From Gracilinanus agilis (Eukaryota), in NCBI RefSeq assembly GCF_016433145.1, contig NC_058133.1, positions 518,178,263 through 518,242,262 of the forward strand: DNA of 64,000 nt. Reading direction: 5' to 3'. A model generated the notes under the pieces. The model worked only from the letters and a program-made list of their open reading frames with translations, did no database searches and was not told where the DNA came from. Shown here piece by piece: positions 1-13,085 of the stretch. The translations under genes and the position numbers were made by a program. Position 1 is the first letter of the stretch, and the number at the start of each line of letters is the position of its first letter.

Positions 1-2776
1 TCATGGCTTTTAATAAAGTTTACTGTGTTTTATCCTAAATGATAGGTAATCATCACTTTTTCCATGACATTTGGAAGGGACCTTAGAGGCTAAGCAGTTC
101 CCTTCATTCCTGAATAAGCCTCTCATGGACAACTTGCTTACTCTACTTTTCTTAAAGACTTTCAAAAATGGGAAAGTCATCGACTCTTGAGGCAGCCCGG
201 TAACTCTGAGAACATCTCTTGGTGTTAGGAGATGTTTAGAAAGTGGTCTCCTGGCATCTTCTAGTCAACTCACCTATTTTTGCCATCTGGATCCAAGGAA
301 GAAAAGTCTATTCTTTCTCTTCAGGTAGTACAAGTCAGCCATCATTCCCACCTTTTCTTTTTCTAGGCTACATAATCCCACTCCTTCAATGCCTCTCATA
401 TGACACAAGCTGGAGACCCTCTCCACTCACATAACGCCCCTCTGGGTCCTTTCTTCTTATCAATGTCCTTTCTTAAATATGGTCCCCCAAGATCTATCAG
501 CAGCTTTTCCAGACTGAATGAAGCCCCTCCCCCATCCTAATTCCAAAACCTTTCAAAAAAAAACTTACCACAATCTGGTCTCTACTTTACCCCAGTCATT
601 GTATCTTTCCCCTAAGGTTTGTCTGGGCATAGATGGAGCCATTCTATGTTTCTTCATTCATTCATTTACTTACTCTTTTTTCATACCTGACAATTGGGAC
701 ACCAGACAGACAGGGCTGATTCTTCATAGCCTTCTTGGCCCCCACTTTTACCTTTAGTGGGTTTTAAAGGTGGGAGCCAGTCAGTAGGGATCCGTGACTG
801 ACCACACTATGCTAGTAGCAGCAATAGGGTTTACTGCCATAAAAACTCCAGCTTTGGAAGCAGGAAAGGGAATTCAGAGTGATAGTAATGAAAGAAGGAG
901 TGATGGTGATGAAAAAGTGGACCACATCATTTTGAACATGTGATGAGAGGATGTAGGTCAGATTTTTGTTCTGACCCAAGTTTCCAGCTGGCACATCACA
1001 CTATGGCATAGACCTACCTTTCCAGTGGGCCTCGTCATGATAGGATGCTCTGTCCAATTCCATCCTTTTCCTTTCCCATTAGTTTAGATATACCAGTAGG
1101 TGCCTCATTCTCACAGAGTCCGTTTCCCTCAACCCCACTTGGATTTGTTTTTTTTTTCCCTTTTTACGGGTATCTACTTATTGAAATTTGATGTCTGGGT
1201 TCCATTACCTGCAAAGTGAACCCCTCCCAAAGTGTGAAACGAGTATACAATGGGATGAGAGGATTGTTGAACCCAGGGCTGGATTTCATGTCATCTTTAA
1301 CAAATTGGGTATTTTAAGACACTTGTTACCAAAACTCTGAACAGAGTTGATGTGGAATAAGCTGGGCTTCAAGTCAAGAGGACATTGGTTCAAATCCTAC
1401 CTTTAACATTCTCTGTAGGATACTGAGCAAAACACTTACTTCATCTTTCTAGACCTCAGTTTCCTCAATTGTAAAATGGGGCTAATAAAACTACCTCATT
1501 GGGAAGTAGGAAAAGTCTCAAAGTGTTTTTCAAACACCAATAACTATAGGAGTATGAATAATTGATATTTTTTAAGCTGAATCGTTTCCAAAGCCCCCTG
1601 GAGCTTCCATGCAGGACATTTTAAGCATGAAAAGGCAAATCCATTTTGGGCCTTTATGCAAGTAAGCTTATTTCAGAACAGCATGGGAAAGATTTCATTA
1701 GAACAGTATCGGACCCATAGCATAGAGCCATTGCACAGACCCCACAGATACAGTAAAACTCTGATTTCCTCCATTTTAAAGCCAATGAAATCGAATCTAC
1801 CACATGAGGTAGACTTTAGTAAAAGATTAGCTTAGTACATTCCAGAAGCATCTCACAGGGAGAGTTTGTTACTCCCACCCCCTTGCTCTAGACTATAATT
1901 ATACTTCTTCAGTCAAACAGTGCCTTAAGCTACATTGACCAAAAAACTGGAAGTTTATACCTCAAACAGAAATCCACTTACTCAACTTGAGATATCATCT
2001 TAACTGGAAAGAGACGTCAATAACCTGAGCCTCAATATTTCATGGGATCTGTGGGACCTCAGAGGCTATCTGGCCCAACCTAGCTGTTTTTTCTTTTTCT
2101 TTTTCTTTTTTTGCTTGTGTGTACTTTTTTTAAAATGTGATCACCATCAATAGAAAGAATATGAGTATTGAAGTCAATGTCTCTGAGTTCAAATTCAGTT
2201 ATGCTACTCACTAATTGTGTAAATCTCTGGCAAGTCACCAACAACTCTAAATTGATAAATATTGCCTTTCTATTCCTCAGTTTCTCTGTCTATAAAATGG
2301 TAGGGTTAGACTAGATAAGCTCTAAGGTCCATTCTTGCTCTAAATTATATACTTTCTAGGTAAGAACGTGGAAATATTAAATAGAAGGATCCTGAAGTTC
2401 TGAGTCCTTGAATGTAAAGGTTTTTAAGAAACTCTAAGAGGACCATGTGAATCCAATTCCAGGTTGATGAAGAACAGAGATAAGTCTAGGGATAGGTCAC
2501 ATTCACAACTCATCTCCATTCCAGCAGGTGGCATATGAAATGTGTAGAACCTTATAGTGAAGATGGAATACTTGCTTCATTTTCACTTCCTAGTCTACAC
2601 ATTCCCAAGTGATTCCATGAGAGCTTCATGGCTGATGTTGAGGGCATGAAGGGAGAAGAGAGGAGGAGAAAGAATGATGCATACCATTGTTTTTTTTCTT
2701 AACTTAAATATTGACTTATTCTACCATGTGATTTTGAGATGCTCATGGTTTTTTTTTTTCAATTTGAATCTTTGAT

Positions 2777-2932
2777 TCAAAAATAAAAGTCACCATTGGA
2801 TGAAGATGATGAATGAGGAAATACTTTGGGGCAAGAGTGTTTCTTTCTGGTTGCAGTAGGCTGTCCACTAGGCAGGAGGAAGTCTCCCCAGGATTCTCCA
2901 GGTCTGTTGGTCAATCCATACATATTTCCTGC
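2777..2932 (-). CDS. AHR1B: AHR-family terminal coding exon 11: AGNMYGLTNRPGESWGDFLLPSGQ...SSNGDFYF*
   Basis: Strong acceptor ttttcccttttccag in phase 0, matching the exon 10 donor. 52 codons to TGA, close to the 48 codons of human exon 11. Sequence conservation is weak. Confidence 0.75.
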   Translation of the reverse strand, partial: AGNMYGLTNRPGESWGDFLLPSGQPTATRKKHSCPKVFPHSSSSSNGDFYF

Positions 2933-3875
2933 CTGGAAAAGGGAAAATGAAGGCACCATTTAGTTATGTCCAAGGGGTGAATTATGGGAGGGGAGGACAC
3001 AGAGAAATTCTAAGATGAGCACCTGGATTCTACAAGGGTTAGTTGGTAGCTGTGTCTTTGAAGAGAGTAACCACTTTGACAGAAATTAAAGAATTAAAGT
3101 ATTGAAGAATGGAAAATTCTCCACAAGGACTTGCCAGACTAATTAGGCAATGGATAGTAAGTCAGTGTCTCTTGGCCCCATTCCATTTGCACAGTTCTAT
3201 TTCCTTACTAGAGCTGCTCCAGTTGTGTGAATCAAATACCCTCTTTCTCCATAAATTGTTATGTAACATAGACCAGTACCCTGTCTTGCCCATCGAAGCT
3301 GCTCTATAAATATTTGCTGAGTGAATTAGTGGACTGAGTGACACAGATGACTTACCAGGATCCAAAGCACTGTGGTGTATGGTATTACAAGTATGTCTCT
3401 AAAGAAGGGCCAAGGACTGAGGGACAGCAGTTTCTATAAGGATTAACAGCATGACATGGCAAACAAGAAGAGTAGTTTGGCTATGATAAGAGGGTCATAT
3501 CAATCTGTTCTAGTCATACAACACATAGAACGGAGTGTCCCATTCTAGGTGACACAGTGCAGGGAGGATGGTGATAAGCTAAATAGTATCCAATGGAAGG
3601 CAAAAAGGATGGTATGGGGTCTTGAGTTCATATCTATCCTGTTGATTATTGTAACATACAGAGCAACATATGCTGTGTATTATATGCACTGATGTAGCAT
3701 TGTACCTGTGCTTGTAATTAGCTACAAACCTAACTGAGAAAGACCAATCCACCTGTACAAAGATGATCCACGAACACACCATAATTTCAACTAAACTAAT
3801 AATAGTCGATAAGAGTTCTACTTTTTCAGCTACATGCTAGGTTAACTGCCATGCCCAGGTGCATTAAAAACTCAC

Positions 3876-5529
3876 CAATATCTCTTGGCACCCATCTCCA
3901 TTAATAAAATGATCAGAAGCAGAATTCTGAAATGGAAACTTGACCTCTGAAGAAATGGATGCAGAAGGTTTTAAAGGGGTAGGGTAACATGTGCAAGGTG
4001 GCAAGAATCTTTGCCCAGGCACCATCTCAGCTCCAGTTCCATGACTACTGCCAATGTCCATGTAATCTAATATTTTCTGATTGACCTGGGCCTGGGACAT
4101 GTTAGAATCTCGTTGAGTATTTCTTGAGTAGACCTGTGAACCAGGATTATTCCCCACTTGGCTCAGAAGCTTTGTTTTAGTTGAGTGCTGAATCCTGGAG
4201 GCACGGTCTGGCCATGGGTTGCCACCTAGAATTTGTTGATTGGGTGAATCGCAGCTCTGGACACTATTCATGAGTAAGCTCTGGTCAGTGGTAGGTTGTA
4301 GGAGGGTCCCTGATTCTGAGGGTTCCTGGCCATGAAGCTGCTGTGTTTGAACATAAAGCTCGTTTGGGAGTTGATGCTGAAATAGGAGCTGGTGATCTCC
4401 ATGTTGTGATCGTGAATGATTCTCCAACCGCTGCCTGCTTTGTCTGGGCTGGCAGGAATTCTCTAAAGAATGACGGGAGAAGGATGGGCTCAGAAGGCCT
4501 GAACTGTTGGGTGGTGGCCACTGTATACATTGCTGTTGGACATCTGCAGGTGACTGTGAGAAATGAGTAGACAGATTCTGAGATGTTACTGATAACGGCC
4601 TCCATGGATCTCCTCTGTTCTGATTCCGCATCTCATTTGTCACATGCTGGGATGGGCTAGACTCCCAAGGAAGGTGACTCAGATGCTTCTGGCTTACATC
4701 ATGGTGATGCATTGTCTTTGGAAGGCACAATATTTGGGCTAGCTGATTGGATTGGGGTTCTTGGGATAAATGAAGTGGATACTGATGTGCCATATGAGAA
4801 TTGTTGACTTCAGAGTCTTGGCTTAGGTCAGATAAAGAGTGAGCTTTCAAGGAAGTCTGGGAATCCCCAACTTGTTCATCCTCATGTTTGCTCAAGAGGG
4901 AATCATGAACATGGGACAAGATCTCTCTGTTTGCTAAGATATCATTAAGAGATGGACTAGAGCCTGGATTCTCTCCCCCCCTCACCCTCCACTCATCAAG
5001 CAAAAGTAGCTCCAGCTCCTCAGCATTAAGCCCCAGGTTTTCCAGGGCACTTAAGAGCTCATTGTTGGAGCAATTCTCATCACAATCAAGAGAGAGGGAA
5101 TCAAGGGTAGCTAGAAGGGCAGTTCCTTGACTCAAATCAAGTAGTTCCTTATGCTGAACCTCAGAAGAAATCACCTTTGAAGATCCCTCCAGGTTGTCTC
5201 CTGCTACCCTATTCACTAAGGGCTCTTTAATCTGGCTGAAAATGCCACTGCTGAAGCTAGTTTCTGGAGTCACTGTTGCATGTGACACATTGATGGCCAC
5301 ATCCTGTCGCATCATGGCACCAAGAAGTGAATTAGGAGCTGGGAGATCTATCTGGCTCCTTTCTCCTTTAGTAGCTTTTTTGAATTTAGGAATTTTGCCT
5401 TGAGTTAGGAAAGGATCAGGAAAACCAGGATCTGGGTGGGTGGCTTGGTAGAGAAGTGCTTCCCCAGTAGCAAAGGTAAAAGGATGGTGGAGAGATCTTT
5501 TCTGAAGGTGTTCTCCTCCTTCTTCATCC
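3876..5529 (-). CDS. AHR1B: AHR-family exon 10 (1654 nt): end of PAS-B plus acidic, Q-rich and P/S/T transactivation domain
   Basis: Acceptor tttctctgcag|G GAT GAA, donor TTG|gtgagt. Lies within the 560-aa ORF 3864..5546, with motifs DEEGGEHL, TGEALLY, PNSLLGAMMRQD and LNDILANREILSHVHDSL. Confidence 0.96.
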
Positions 5530-5710
5530 CTGCAGAGAAATACCAATGTTTTAAGAAATGCAATACAAAGAAAATGTCCTCTCCTAGAGTCCCTTCTTGG
5601 TATGAAGAGAGTAGATGAAGGTGGATGATCAATCCTGACTCACCTTCACCTCTCAGCTGCTTGGGCATCTGAGAAGGAAATGCGCACCTGCAAGGGAAGT
5701 GTATACTCAC

Positions 5711-5852
5711 ACAAGAGGCCTTTGGGTGGCAATGATGTAATCAGGTTTGCCATTTCGGTAGACAAGTCTGGCATTAGACTGAACCCAACGCCAACGGTTT
5801 TCTTTGGTCAGAAGACGAAACACTGTCAAGCCACTTTCCCCCGTTCTCATCA
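5711..5852 (-). CDS. AHR1B: AHR-family exon 9 (142 nt, PAS-B): [48 protein letters not shown]
   Basis: Acceptor tgtttcctag, donor TGT|gtgagt. 142 nt. Confidence 0.97.
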
Positions 5853-6599
5853 CTAGGAAACATGTGAATGGGTTAAAATTAATAAGAATATGTGACATGT
5901 CTTTAACAAACCAAAGTTCACAAAGCACTTTCCAGATCTTATTGGATTCCAATGGCAACCACGAGTATTATTCTTCCCTTTTTACACATGAGGAAATGGT
6001 CTTAGAGAAAGATTGACTCATAGTTGGACTTAAGTGTTATAATCAGAATCTGAAGCCAGGTTCTCTTGACTTCAAGTAAAGCATACCACATTACCTCTTG
6101 AGGCTTTAATAATGTTATTTCATCTCACTTAAGGTTCCCACATCTAGAACTAGAAGGAACTTTAGGGATCAGTTAGTCAATACCATTCCTTTTCCATATG
6201 GGGAAATTGAGGCCAAAGAGATTAAGAGATTTGCCCAAAATCACACAGAGAGTAACTGGCAAAGATATAACTTGAACCCAGTCTTCTGATTCCAAAAAGT
6301 CTGTTCTCATTGCTTCAATGAAACATGATTTATTTTTCTCTTTGTATCATCCCTGCCCCTTAGAAAACAGGCAGAATAGAGGCTTAATAAATACCTGTTG
6401 ACTTACACTGAATTGGTCTTAGTGAACACTTTTGATTGGTTTTCTTTTTTTTTTTAATTGGAAGAAAATCACATGATACTAACATCATTTCACAATTGGG
6501 ACAGTTAACAGTTATTTGCCCCTAGCAGAATGCAAACTCTTTGAGAGCAGAGACTACTTCATTTTTGTCCTTGTACTCCAGGTGCCTCGCCCAGTGCCT

Positions 6600-6850
6600 C
6601 ATTGTTGGGAAAGTTTTTTGTTTGTTTTTTTTCTAACATCCAACTTCAATTTACATCTTAGAAACTTCCACCAGTTGTTCCTAGTTTTGTCTTAGAGGAA
6701 CAAACACTGTCCATTTGACAGCCCTTCATGTCTTTGAAGACAGCTCTCATGATAAACCCTGAATCTTCTCTAGGATAAACATCTTCATCTTCTGATTCTC
6801 ACTGGACATCAGTTCACATGATATTGGGGACCACTTTGATTCGCTGGTTG
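6600..6850 (-). mobile_element. CR1/L3 3' fragment
   Basis: Reverse complement of gaagggctgtcaaatgg...ctaggaacaactggtggaag. Confidence 0.6.
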
Positions 6851-8449
6851 AGAAAGCAGGTTGAGGTAATATTATCCCCATTTTATAGATGCAGAAACTA
6901 AGGCTCAAAGAGGTAGAGCAACTTGTCCAACTTGTCCACAGCTGAATTAGTAATTGAGAATCTGGGTATGTAGCTTTCCATCCTTCGATGCTGGACCTTC
7001 CAGGTCCAGATGGGACATTGACCCCAGCAGCTCCTTCTGGGGAAGTGACAATTCCCTCCTTCTCCTGCACTTACTAAGCAGCAGCAGAATGTTCAAAACT
7101 CTATAGGCCCATCCTGTCCCTCTCTGTGATCATGAAAGAGAATGAACAATCAGACAATCTTGGATCTAGAGCTGGGAAAAACTTCAGAGTACAAACTGAA
7201 CCCAGACCCATTCTATAGAGGAGAAGACTAAGGCCCAGAAAAAGGTTGAGCTTGCCCAAGTTCATATCAGTCCCAGAATGTGGCAAGGAAGTTCTTTGGA
7301 GTAGTAAAAGGTTTAATTTGGTGTTAGAGGATGAGAGTTCGAATCCAGAATTGGCTACATACAGCATGTATGACCTCTCTCTAGGCATCAATTTCTTCCT
7401 CCAAAAAATAAACCATTTCTAACTCTCTGATTCTCCAGTCTCCATGAGTGCTGGTTACATGGATGAGTCAAATAAACATAACTTTCCATTTATTTTTATA
7501 AAGAAACATACAACTAAGGTGACTTCCAAGTCTAAAATTTGGTACTTTTAGGCCAAATCAATGGCATCAACTTACACAGAGTAAGAGTGTGTAAGCCTTC
7601 ATCATCCTCCCCACACACACACACACCAGCACACACACTCTCATTTTACTCCCCTGAAGCTCATCCAGCTTCAGAAGAGTCGGCATTCTCCATGCCCCAC
7701 CTCCAGCAGCACCCATCGAGGCTGACATGGTAGGACGGGAGGTCATCACTTGTGGGCTCCCTGCGGGCATCCTGGGGACAACTCCAGAAGCAGGCCGGTC
7801 AGCAAAGCCCGCATGCACCCTCCTTAGCCTGTTCTGCTCTGCTGTTGAGTTCTCTGACCCGGTCTCTATACTAGACCGTAGGCTGTATACTTTTTATTAC
7901 TGCTCTTATCATCTTGTAGAATACAGAAAAACCTCCCTCATTGTTGGGACTTGGGTGCGGGCATGGGCTAGAGGAAGAATTGGGGAACGTTTTAGAATAG
8001 AAGAAGTCAATATAATTTTGTGGCTTTTAGGCTAAGAGAGTGACCAGAGCCAGTGTGAAGAGGTGACGAGCATCCATTTTGATTCAGAAGACATGAGTTC
8101 CAGTCCTAACACTTCTTACTTACTACCTGTTAAATTTGGGGCAAGTCTTGTCCACTACCTGGTCTCCTCATATTTAAAATGAGAGGATTAGACCAGATAA
8201 CCCCTGAATTCCTTGGATCTAGGGCACGAGGCTAACAGTGACACTCTCCCGGGATCCATAAGAATCATAATTAGATTGCCATTTTAGACTGTTCGCTCCA
8301 TGAGGGCAAGGTCTGTCTTTCTTTTTATTCATTGCATTCCTGGTGCTTATCTTAACCATTAGCACATTACCTCTTCTGGGACACAAGCTCAGCCTTGAAA
8401 TCATTGGCAACTACAGAGCTCCCCGCCCTTTCCCCCCAACCCATCAGGA

Positions 8450-9410
8450 ACCAAACATTTATCAAGCACCTACTAGGTGCTAAGCCCTGGAGATAGGAAG
8501 AAAGGCAAAAGACAGTCCCAGCTCTTGAGGGGCTCCCAGTCCAAGGTCGGGGTGGGGGGAGAAACAAGTAAATAAAAAGGCCACAGAAAGTACCAAGAGA
8601 AGAAGTAACCCCAGAAAAAGATTTGTGTAGCAGGCGGGATGGAACTGAGCCTTAATGGAAGCCAAGATTCTAGGAAATGGAGGTGAGGAGAGAGAACATT
8701 AGGAATGGCTGATGCAAAGGCAGAGATGGAGATAAAGCATCCCAGGTGTTGAGCATTCTGCCTGAATCATAGAGTGCATGGATAGAATCAAAGGGTAAGA
8801 CAGGGAGGGCCAAGGTCAAGGAGAGCTTTAAATACCAACCAGAGGACATTATATTGGATCTTAGAATTATTAGGGAGCCATTGGAATCTATTATGGTCAG
8901 ACCCAGAAATCACTTTGGTCTTCTTGCCTCAGGTTTCTTCTGTCTCTAATCCTTCCTCCACCCAGTTACCAATTAAGAGGCTATTTCAGTAGTCACGACA
9001 GAGGGGATAAGGACTTGGGTGGTGACTGTGGGACTAGAGAGAAGAAGACATCCACAAGAGATGTTGCAAAGACACAAATGACAACATTCCATAATGGACT
9101 GGATACATGGCTGAGGGACAGTGAAGATGACATCAACTTTGGAGGACCTGGGAGGACAGCAATGCCCTCTACAGTAAGGGGGAAGTTTGGAAGTGGGGAG
9201 GACCTGGGCATGGGGAGCAGTAAGTTCTGTTTTGGACATGGTGAGTTTAAGGTGCCTATGGGTCATTCACTCTGAAGTGCCCAAGAATTAGAGGTCAAGA
9301 CTCAAGCTTAGGAATGAAGATAGACTTGGAAGTCGAGTGCATTGAGAGACAATTAAGCCCAGAGATAAGAATGGATCATTGAGTGAGAGACTGTAGAGGT
9401 AAAGAAGAAG
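8450..9410 (-). mobile_element. L2 LINE 3' fragment
   Basis: caaacatttatcaagcacctacta (reverse complement of the L2 3' end) followed by typical L2 body. Confidence 0.75.
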
Positions 9411-10074
9411 AGCTCAGAACCAGTTCATCCTGGTCCCAGAAGTTATGCAGCCACCAAGGTAATGGAAGCAGAATGTTTGTCTAACAAAATCTACCTGCCC
9501 TCTACCCTGATGGAATGGGCTCTCCTGGGAATGGATGGTTGGACCAACAGACCCAGGAGAAACCAATGGAATCTGAAGAGATTTTGATTCAGTATTAGGA
9601 TGAACTTCCCCATACTTAAAATTCTTCCAGTGTGGAAGGTGTGTGTTCTCCCTCACCAGAGAGAGAGTTCTGAAGCTCATTATCCGGAATGTTGTGGAGT
9701 GGGTTCTTGCTCAGATCTAGGTGAACCTGAGAAGGAGAATTCATCTCATCCCTGGATGAAATGCCCCTGGGTCCTTTTCAGCTCTGAAACTCTCCACTTT
9801 GGTGACAATATTCTAAAACATTAAAGTCTTGTGATTTAAGCCATTTGTGAATTCCCTCCAATGAAGAAAATCTAGAAACTATAGCCTATCCAGGCCTTCC
9901 CACCCCATGCACACTCTCAGCTTCATTCTCCCAAAAGGCACTGTGAAGGAATGCCTCTCTGAAAAGAGAGTGAATTCGCTGCCAATGGAATCAGGACCAA
10001 TATTTACCAAAGGTGTAGGCAATGCCAAAGAACAATGAGGAACCACTCTCAGAGCCGCTGTCTGCCTGCCAGAT

Positions 10075-10440
10075 GGCTCATACCCCCGGCACAGTGGTAA
10101 ACTGATGACTGTGGTTGCCTTAGTTCCTCATCTGTAAAGTGAGCTGAAGAAGGAAATGGCAAACTACTCCAGTAGCTTTGGGGCAGATGCTGGGGCATCA
10201 TAGTGCATAGAGCACCTGGCCTGGAGTCAAGCTGACTCCTTTCCCTGAGTTCAAATCCAGCGTCAGACACTTTCTAGCCATGTGACCTTGTGCAAGTCGC
10301 TTTGCCCTGTTTGCCTGAGTTTCCTCATCTGTAAAATGACCCAAGGAAGGAAATGGCAAACGATGCCAGTGTCTTTGACAAAAGCCAAATGGGATCACAA
10401 AGAGTCAGATGGGACGGAAATGACAAAAACAACAACAGAG
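10075..10440 (+). mobile_element. Two adjacent CORE-SINEs with RTE-derived tails (MAR1/Mar-like)
   Basis: Two copies of cctcatctgtaaa...gaaggaaatggcaaac; the second ends in an acaacaac tail. Confidence 0.75.
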
Positions 10441-10570
10441 GCAGACCGTCTCTGACTATAACAGGAATTATTTGCATTTTAGAATATGGTGAACCAATAG
10501 AGTTGTGCTTTAGCCACATGGAGTGTCCAGGGGCAGTGTGGGGCCGTGTGGGGCCGTGGGCAAATCTTAC

Positions 10571-10680
10571 TTCGAAGGTGGTTCTCGGCACAGTAGAGCA
10601 TATCAGCCACGTGGACAAACTGATAGCCAGTCCCTCGCATGCGCAGTTCGGCTTCCGTGTATCCCAGCACAAGCTTCCCT
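10571..10680 (-). CDS. AHR1B: AHR-family exon 8 (110 nt, PAS-B): [36 protein letters not shown]
   Basis: Acceptor tttttcccag, donor GAA|gtaaga. 110 nt. Confidence 0.97.
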
Positions 10681-10968
10681 CTGGGAAAAACAAAGCACAA
10701 ACCAACATCACTGTCTTCTCCAATCAAGGCTCCCAAAGAAAACACTTCCCTCTTTACAAAGGGGGGCTCTAGGCATTCCCAGTTTGCAGAAGGGATGGAG
10801 AGAGGCCACCGGCGGAGCCCTCCTCGCCCTGGAAGCCTCTCCCTTCCAGCTTGGCCGGGCCAGCCCGAGCCCAGGCCGTTCTAGGTCAGCCCTCAGACCC
10901 GCAGGAGCCCGCCAGGGCGAGTCGCCAGAGGAGGGAGCTCCTCCCAGCCTGCCCCCCCCCGTTCTTAC

Positions 10969-11171
10969 TTGGCATCACAGGCCACCGGGGTGAAATCCAG
11001 CTTGTGCTTGGTCCGGAAGGTCAGTGTTTTGGTTCTGATCTCCAGAATGGATGGAGGTTGCAGCGGAGTGGAGATGGCAAAGAGTGCCAGCTGCGGGGGC
11101 ACCGGAGAGCCATTCTCAGTTTGGTGGTTCTGCCCGTGGAGAGGCTTCAACCTGCCTTGAAGGCTTAAATC
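10969..11171 (-). CDS. AHR1B: AHR-family exon 7 (203 nt): [14 protein letters not shown]...[43 protein letters not shown]
   Basis: Acceptor ttttttaaaag, donor CAA|gtaaga. 203 nt as in AHR exon 7; overlaps ORF-track entry 10965..11150. Confidence 0.95.
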
Positions 11172-12020
11172 CTTTTAAAAAAGAGGCACAGCTTCAATGT
11201 GTGTGTATAACATGTAGACACATACGTGTGTGGGTGTCTCTAGATACATGTGTGTATAGATTAGCCTTCTCGGTCATGCATTACGTAATGCCTTGCCTAT
11301 TACGTCTTATTATTATGCCATCTGATCTATGATCTTGGTCGCGACACCATGTGATATAGCCTGGCAAAGCATCGCATCGCATCATAGACTAGAAGAGAGG
11401 ATAGAATGTACATAGCATAGACCGACATCCCTCTGATCTGCCGCTGAAACGATCGCCCCAGTTGCTCGTTTCTTCTCATCCGTTTGGTTCTCGTCCGCTT
11501 TCTCCGTTCTGCTCACGGTCACATCACACGCGACACGAGTGGCCGTGGGGATCCCTGGGGAGGGGACAGGCTGCTGACCGAGCCTCAGCCCCCGGGCAGA
11601 AGAAGGAGCAGAGCTGCACGAGATCTCCCCGGGACACCTCTGGCTCCCCCCCAGAAGCGCCAGACTCGGACGATGGGCAGCCAACAGGACCCAACGGCTG
11701 AGTGTGGCCAGAAGCAGATGAAAACGATGAAACTGAGAAATGTTTCACAAAATCAATCCGAGGGCAACACGGTACAGACAGGCTCTAAGTCAGTGCGTAG
11801 CCCACGAGCCCTCCGCTTTAGAGAACTGATCTTTCCCCGGATGATGTATTAATACTCTTGGACAATTCATTCAGCCGTACCCCGTTTGTTACAATTAGCT
11901 CGATTCTTAGCCTGGCGGCAATTTAGTCTTCTCTTCTGTTGTTTGGGGAGTTTATATCACGCAAAAGCGTCATATTATCACAATAGCTCAGAATCCTCAG
12001 GATTGTCGTTGCTGCTTTTT

Positions 12021-12214
12021 AAACCTTTACTTTCTGTCTTAGAAGCAATACTAAGTATTGATTCTAAAGCGGAGGAGTGGCAAGGATTAGGCCATTGGAG
12101 TTAAGTGACTGACCCAGGGTCACACAGCTAGAAAGTGTTTGAAACCAAATTTGACCCCAGGATCTCCCGACTCCAGGGTTGGCTCTCAAACCACTGGGCT
12201 ACCCAGCTGCCCCT
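12021..12214 (-). mobile_element. Opossum-type tRNA-derived SINE
   Basis: Ends in ...ctacccagctgcccct on the plus strand, with CORE-like body and aaacctt tail. Confidence 0.8.
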
Positions 12215-13085
12215 AAGAAAATTCTTAACATTCAGGTAGAGGCTTGTCTCTGGCTTCATTTAAATTTCTGTTTATCTCTAGCCAGCTCCTGAGCTCTTTA
12301 TGTTATAGTCGTATAAACAGCTTACATTGCCCCAGTGGATGCCAGGCTCCAATGTCTCTTTTTCCCACGTTTTCACTTAAAATGTTCCTTTTCATCATGA
12401 ACTCAACAATCACCAATGAGTTTCCTAATCTACAAAGAAGATTACACATAGGGAACTCTTCACTGACCTAGAGTTTCTTTATTTTTAAGAGTATTTTACA
12501 TTTTCAAAGGCAGTAACAAAGCTGTCCTGCTTAAGATCCACTTTACAGATGCCGCCATGTATTGTCAGCAGTCTCAGGTGGGAATCCAAGCATCGATGCC
12601 CTACAAGACACCAAGAAATCTTCTCTTTTTTGAATTAATTTTTTTCAGCTACATGTAGAAACAATTTGGACAACTGTTTTCTGACATTTTAGGATCCAGA
12701 TTGTTTCCCTCCCCCTCCCAGGGCAATGTCTAATCTGCTATGGGTGATATGCAATAAATATTTCAAGAAGTCCTCTTAGCTAAGCTCTAAGAACTCCAGA
12801 TTAAACCCAGGAAGCTTTGCCTTTGTTCTTCCCCTCACGTTTTCCAATGCATCTCCTTTCCAAGTGGCCAAATGTTTCCTGAGCAATATAAACAAAAATT
12901 CGATTTGACAGATGACATTGAGGCAGGGTAATACATTGGAAAAGAGTTCCGGATTTTAAGCACAAAGGGCTGGGTTTAAGCCTTACCTCCTTTGGTTATT
13001 GCCTCAGTGACCTTAGACAAGTTCCTTAACCACTCCGAGTCCCATTTTCTCCAACTATCCAATGAGACTGCTAGATGGTTTAATG

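Larger units (their letters stand above)
10540..11940. promoter_or_regulatory. Intragenic CpG-island-like segment over exons 7-8 and the 3' part of intron 6
   Basis: About 37 CpG counted in 11341-11940 alone, against a CpG-depleted background. Contains TCGCGTG (XRE) on the minus strand at 11527-11533. Confidence 0.6.

Noticed and set aside
1-2776. Polyadenylation signal for the AHR-type gene
   Set aside because: No canonical AATAAA was seen on the minus strand, so the 3' end cannot be placed.
4285-5403. ORF-track entries 4285..4605, 4343..4570 and 5194..5403
   Set aside because: They are alternate-frame or antisense shadows of AHR exon 10.
10353-11852. Many overlapping 60-156 aa ORFs
   Set aside because: They are by-products of high GC content and of the antisense of exons 7-8; none has a recognisable product.
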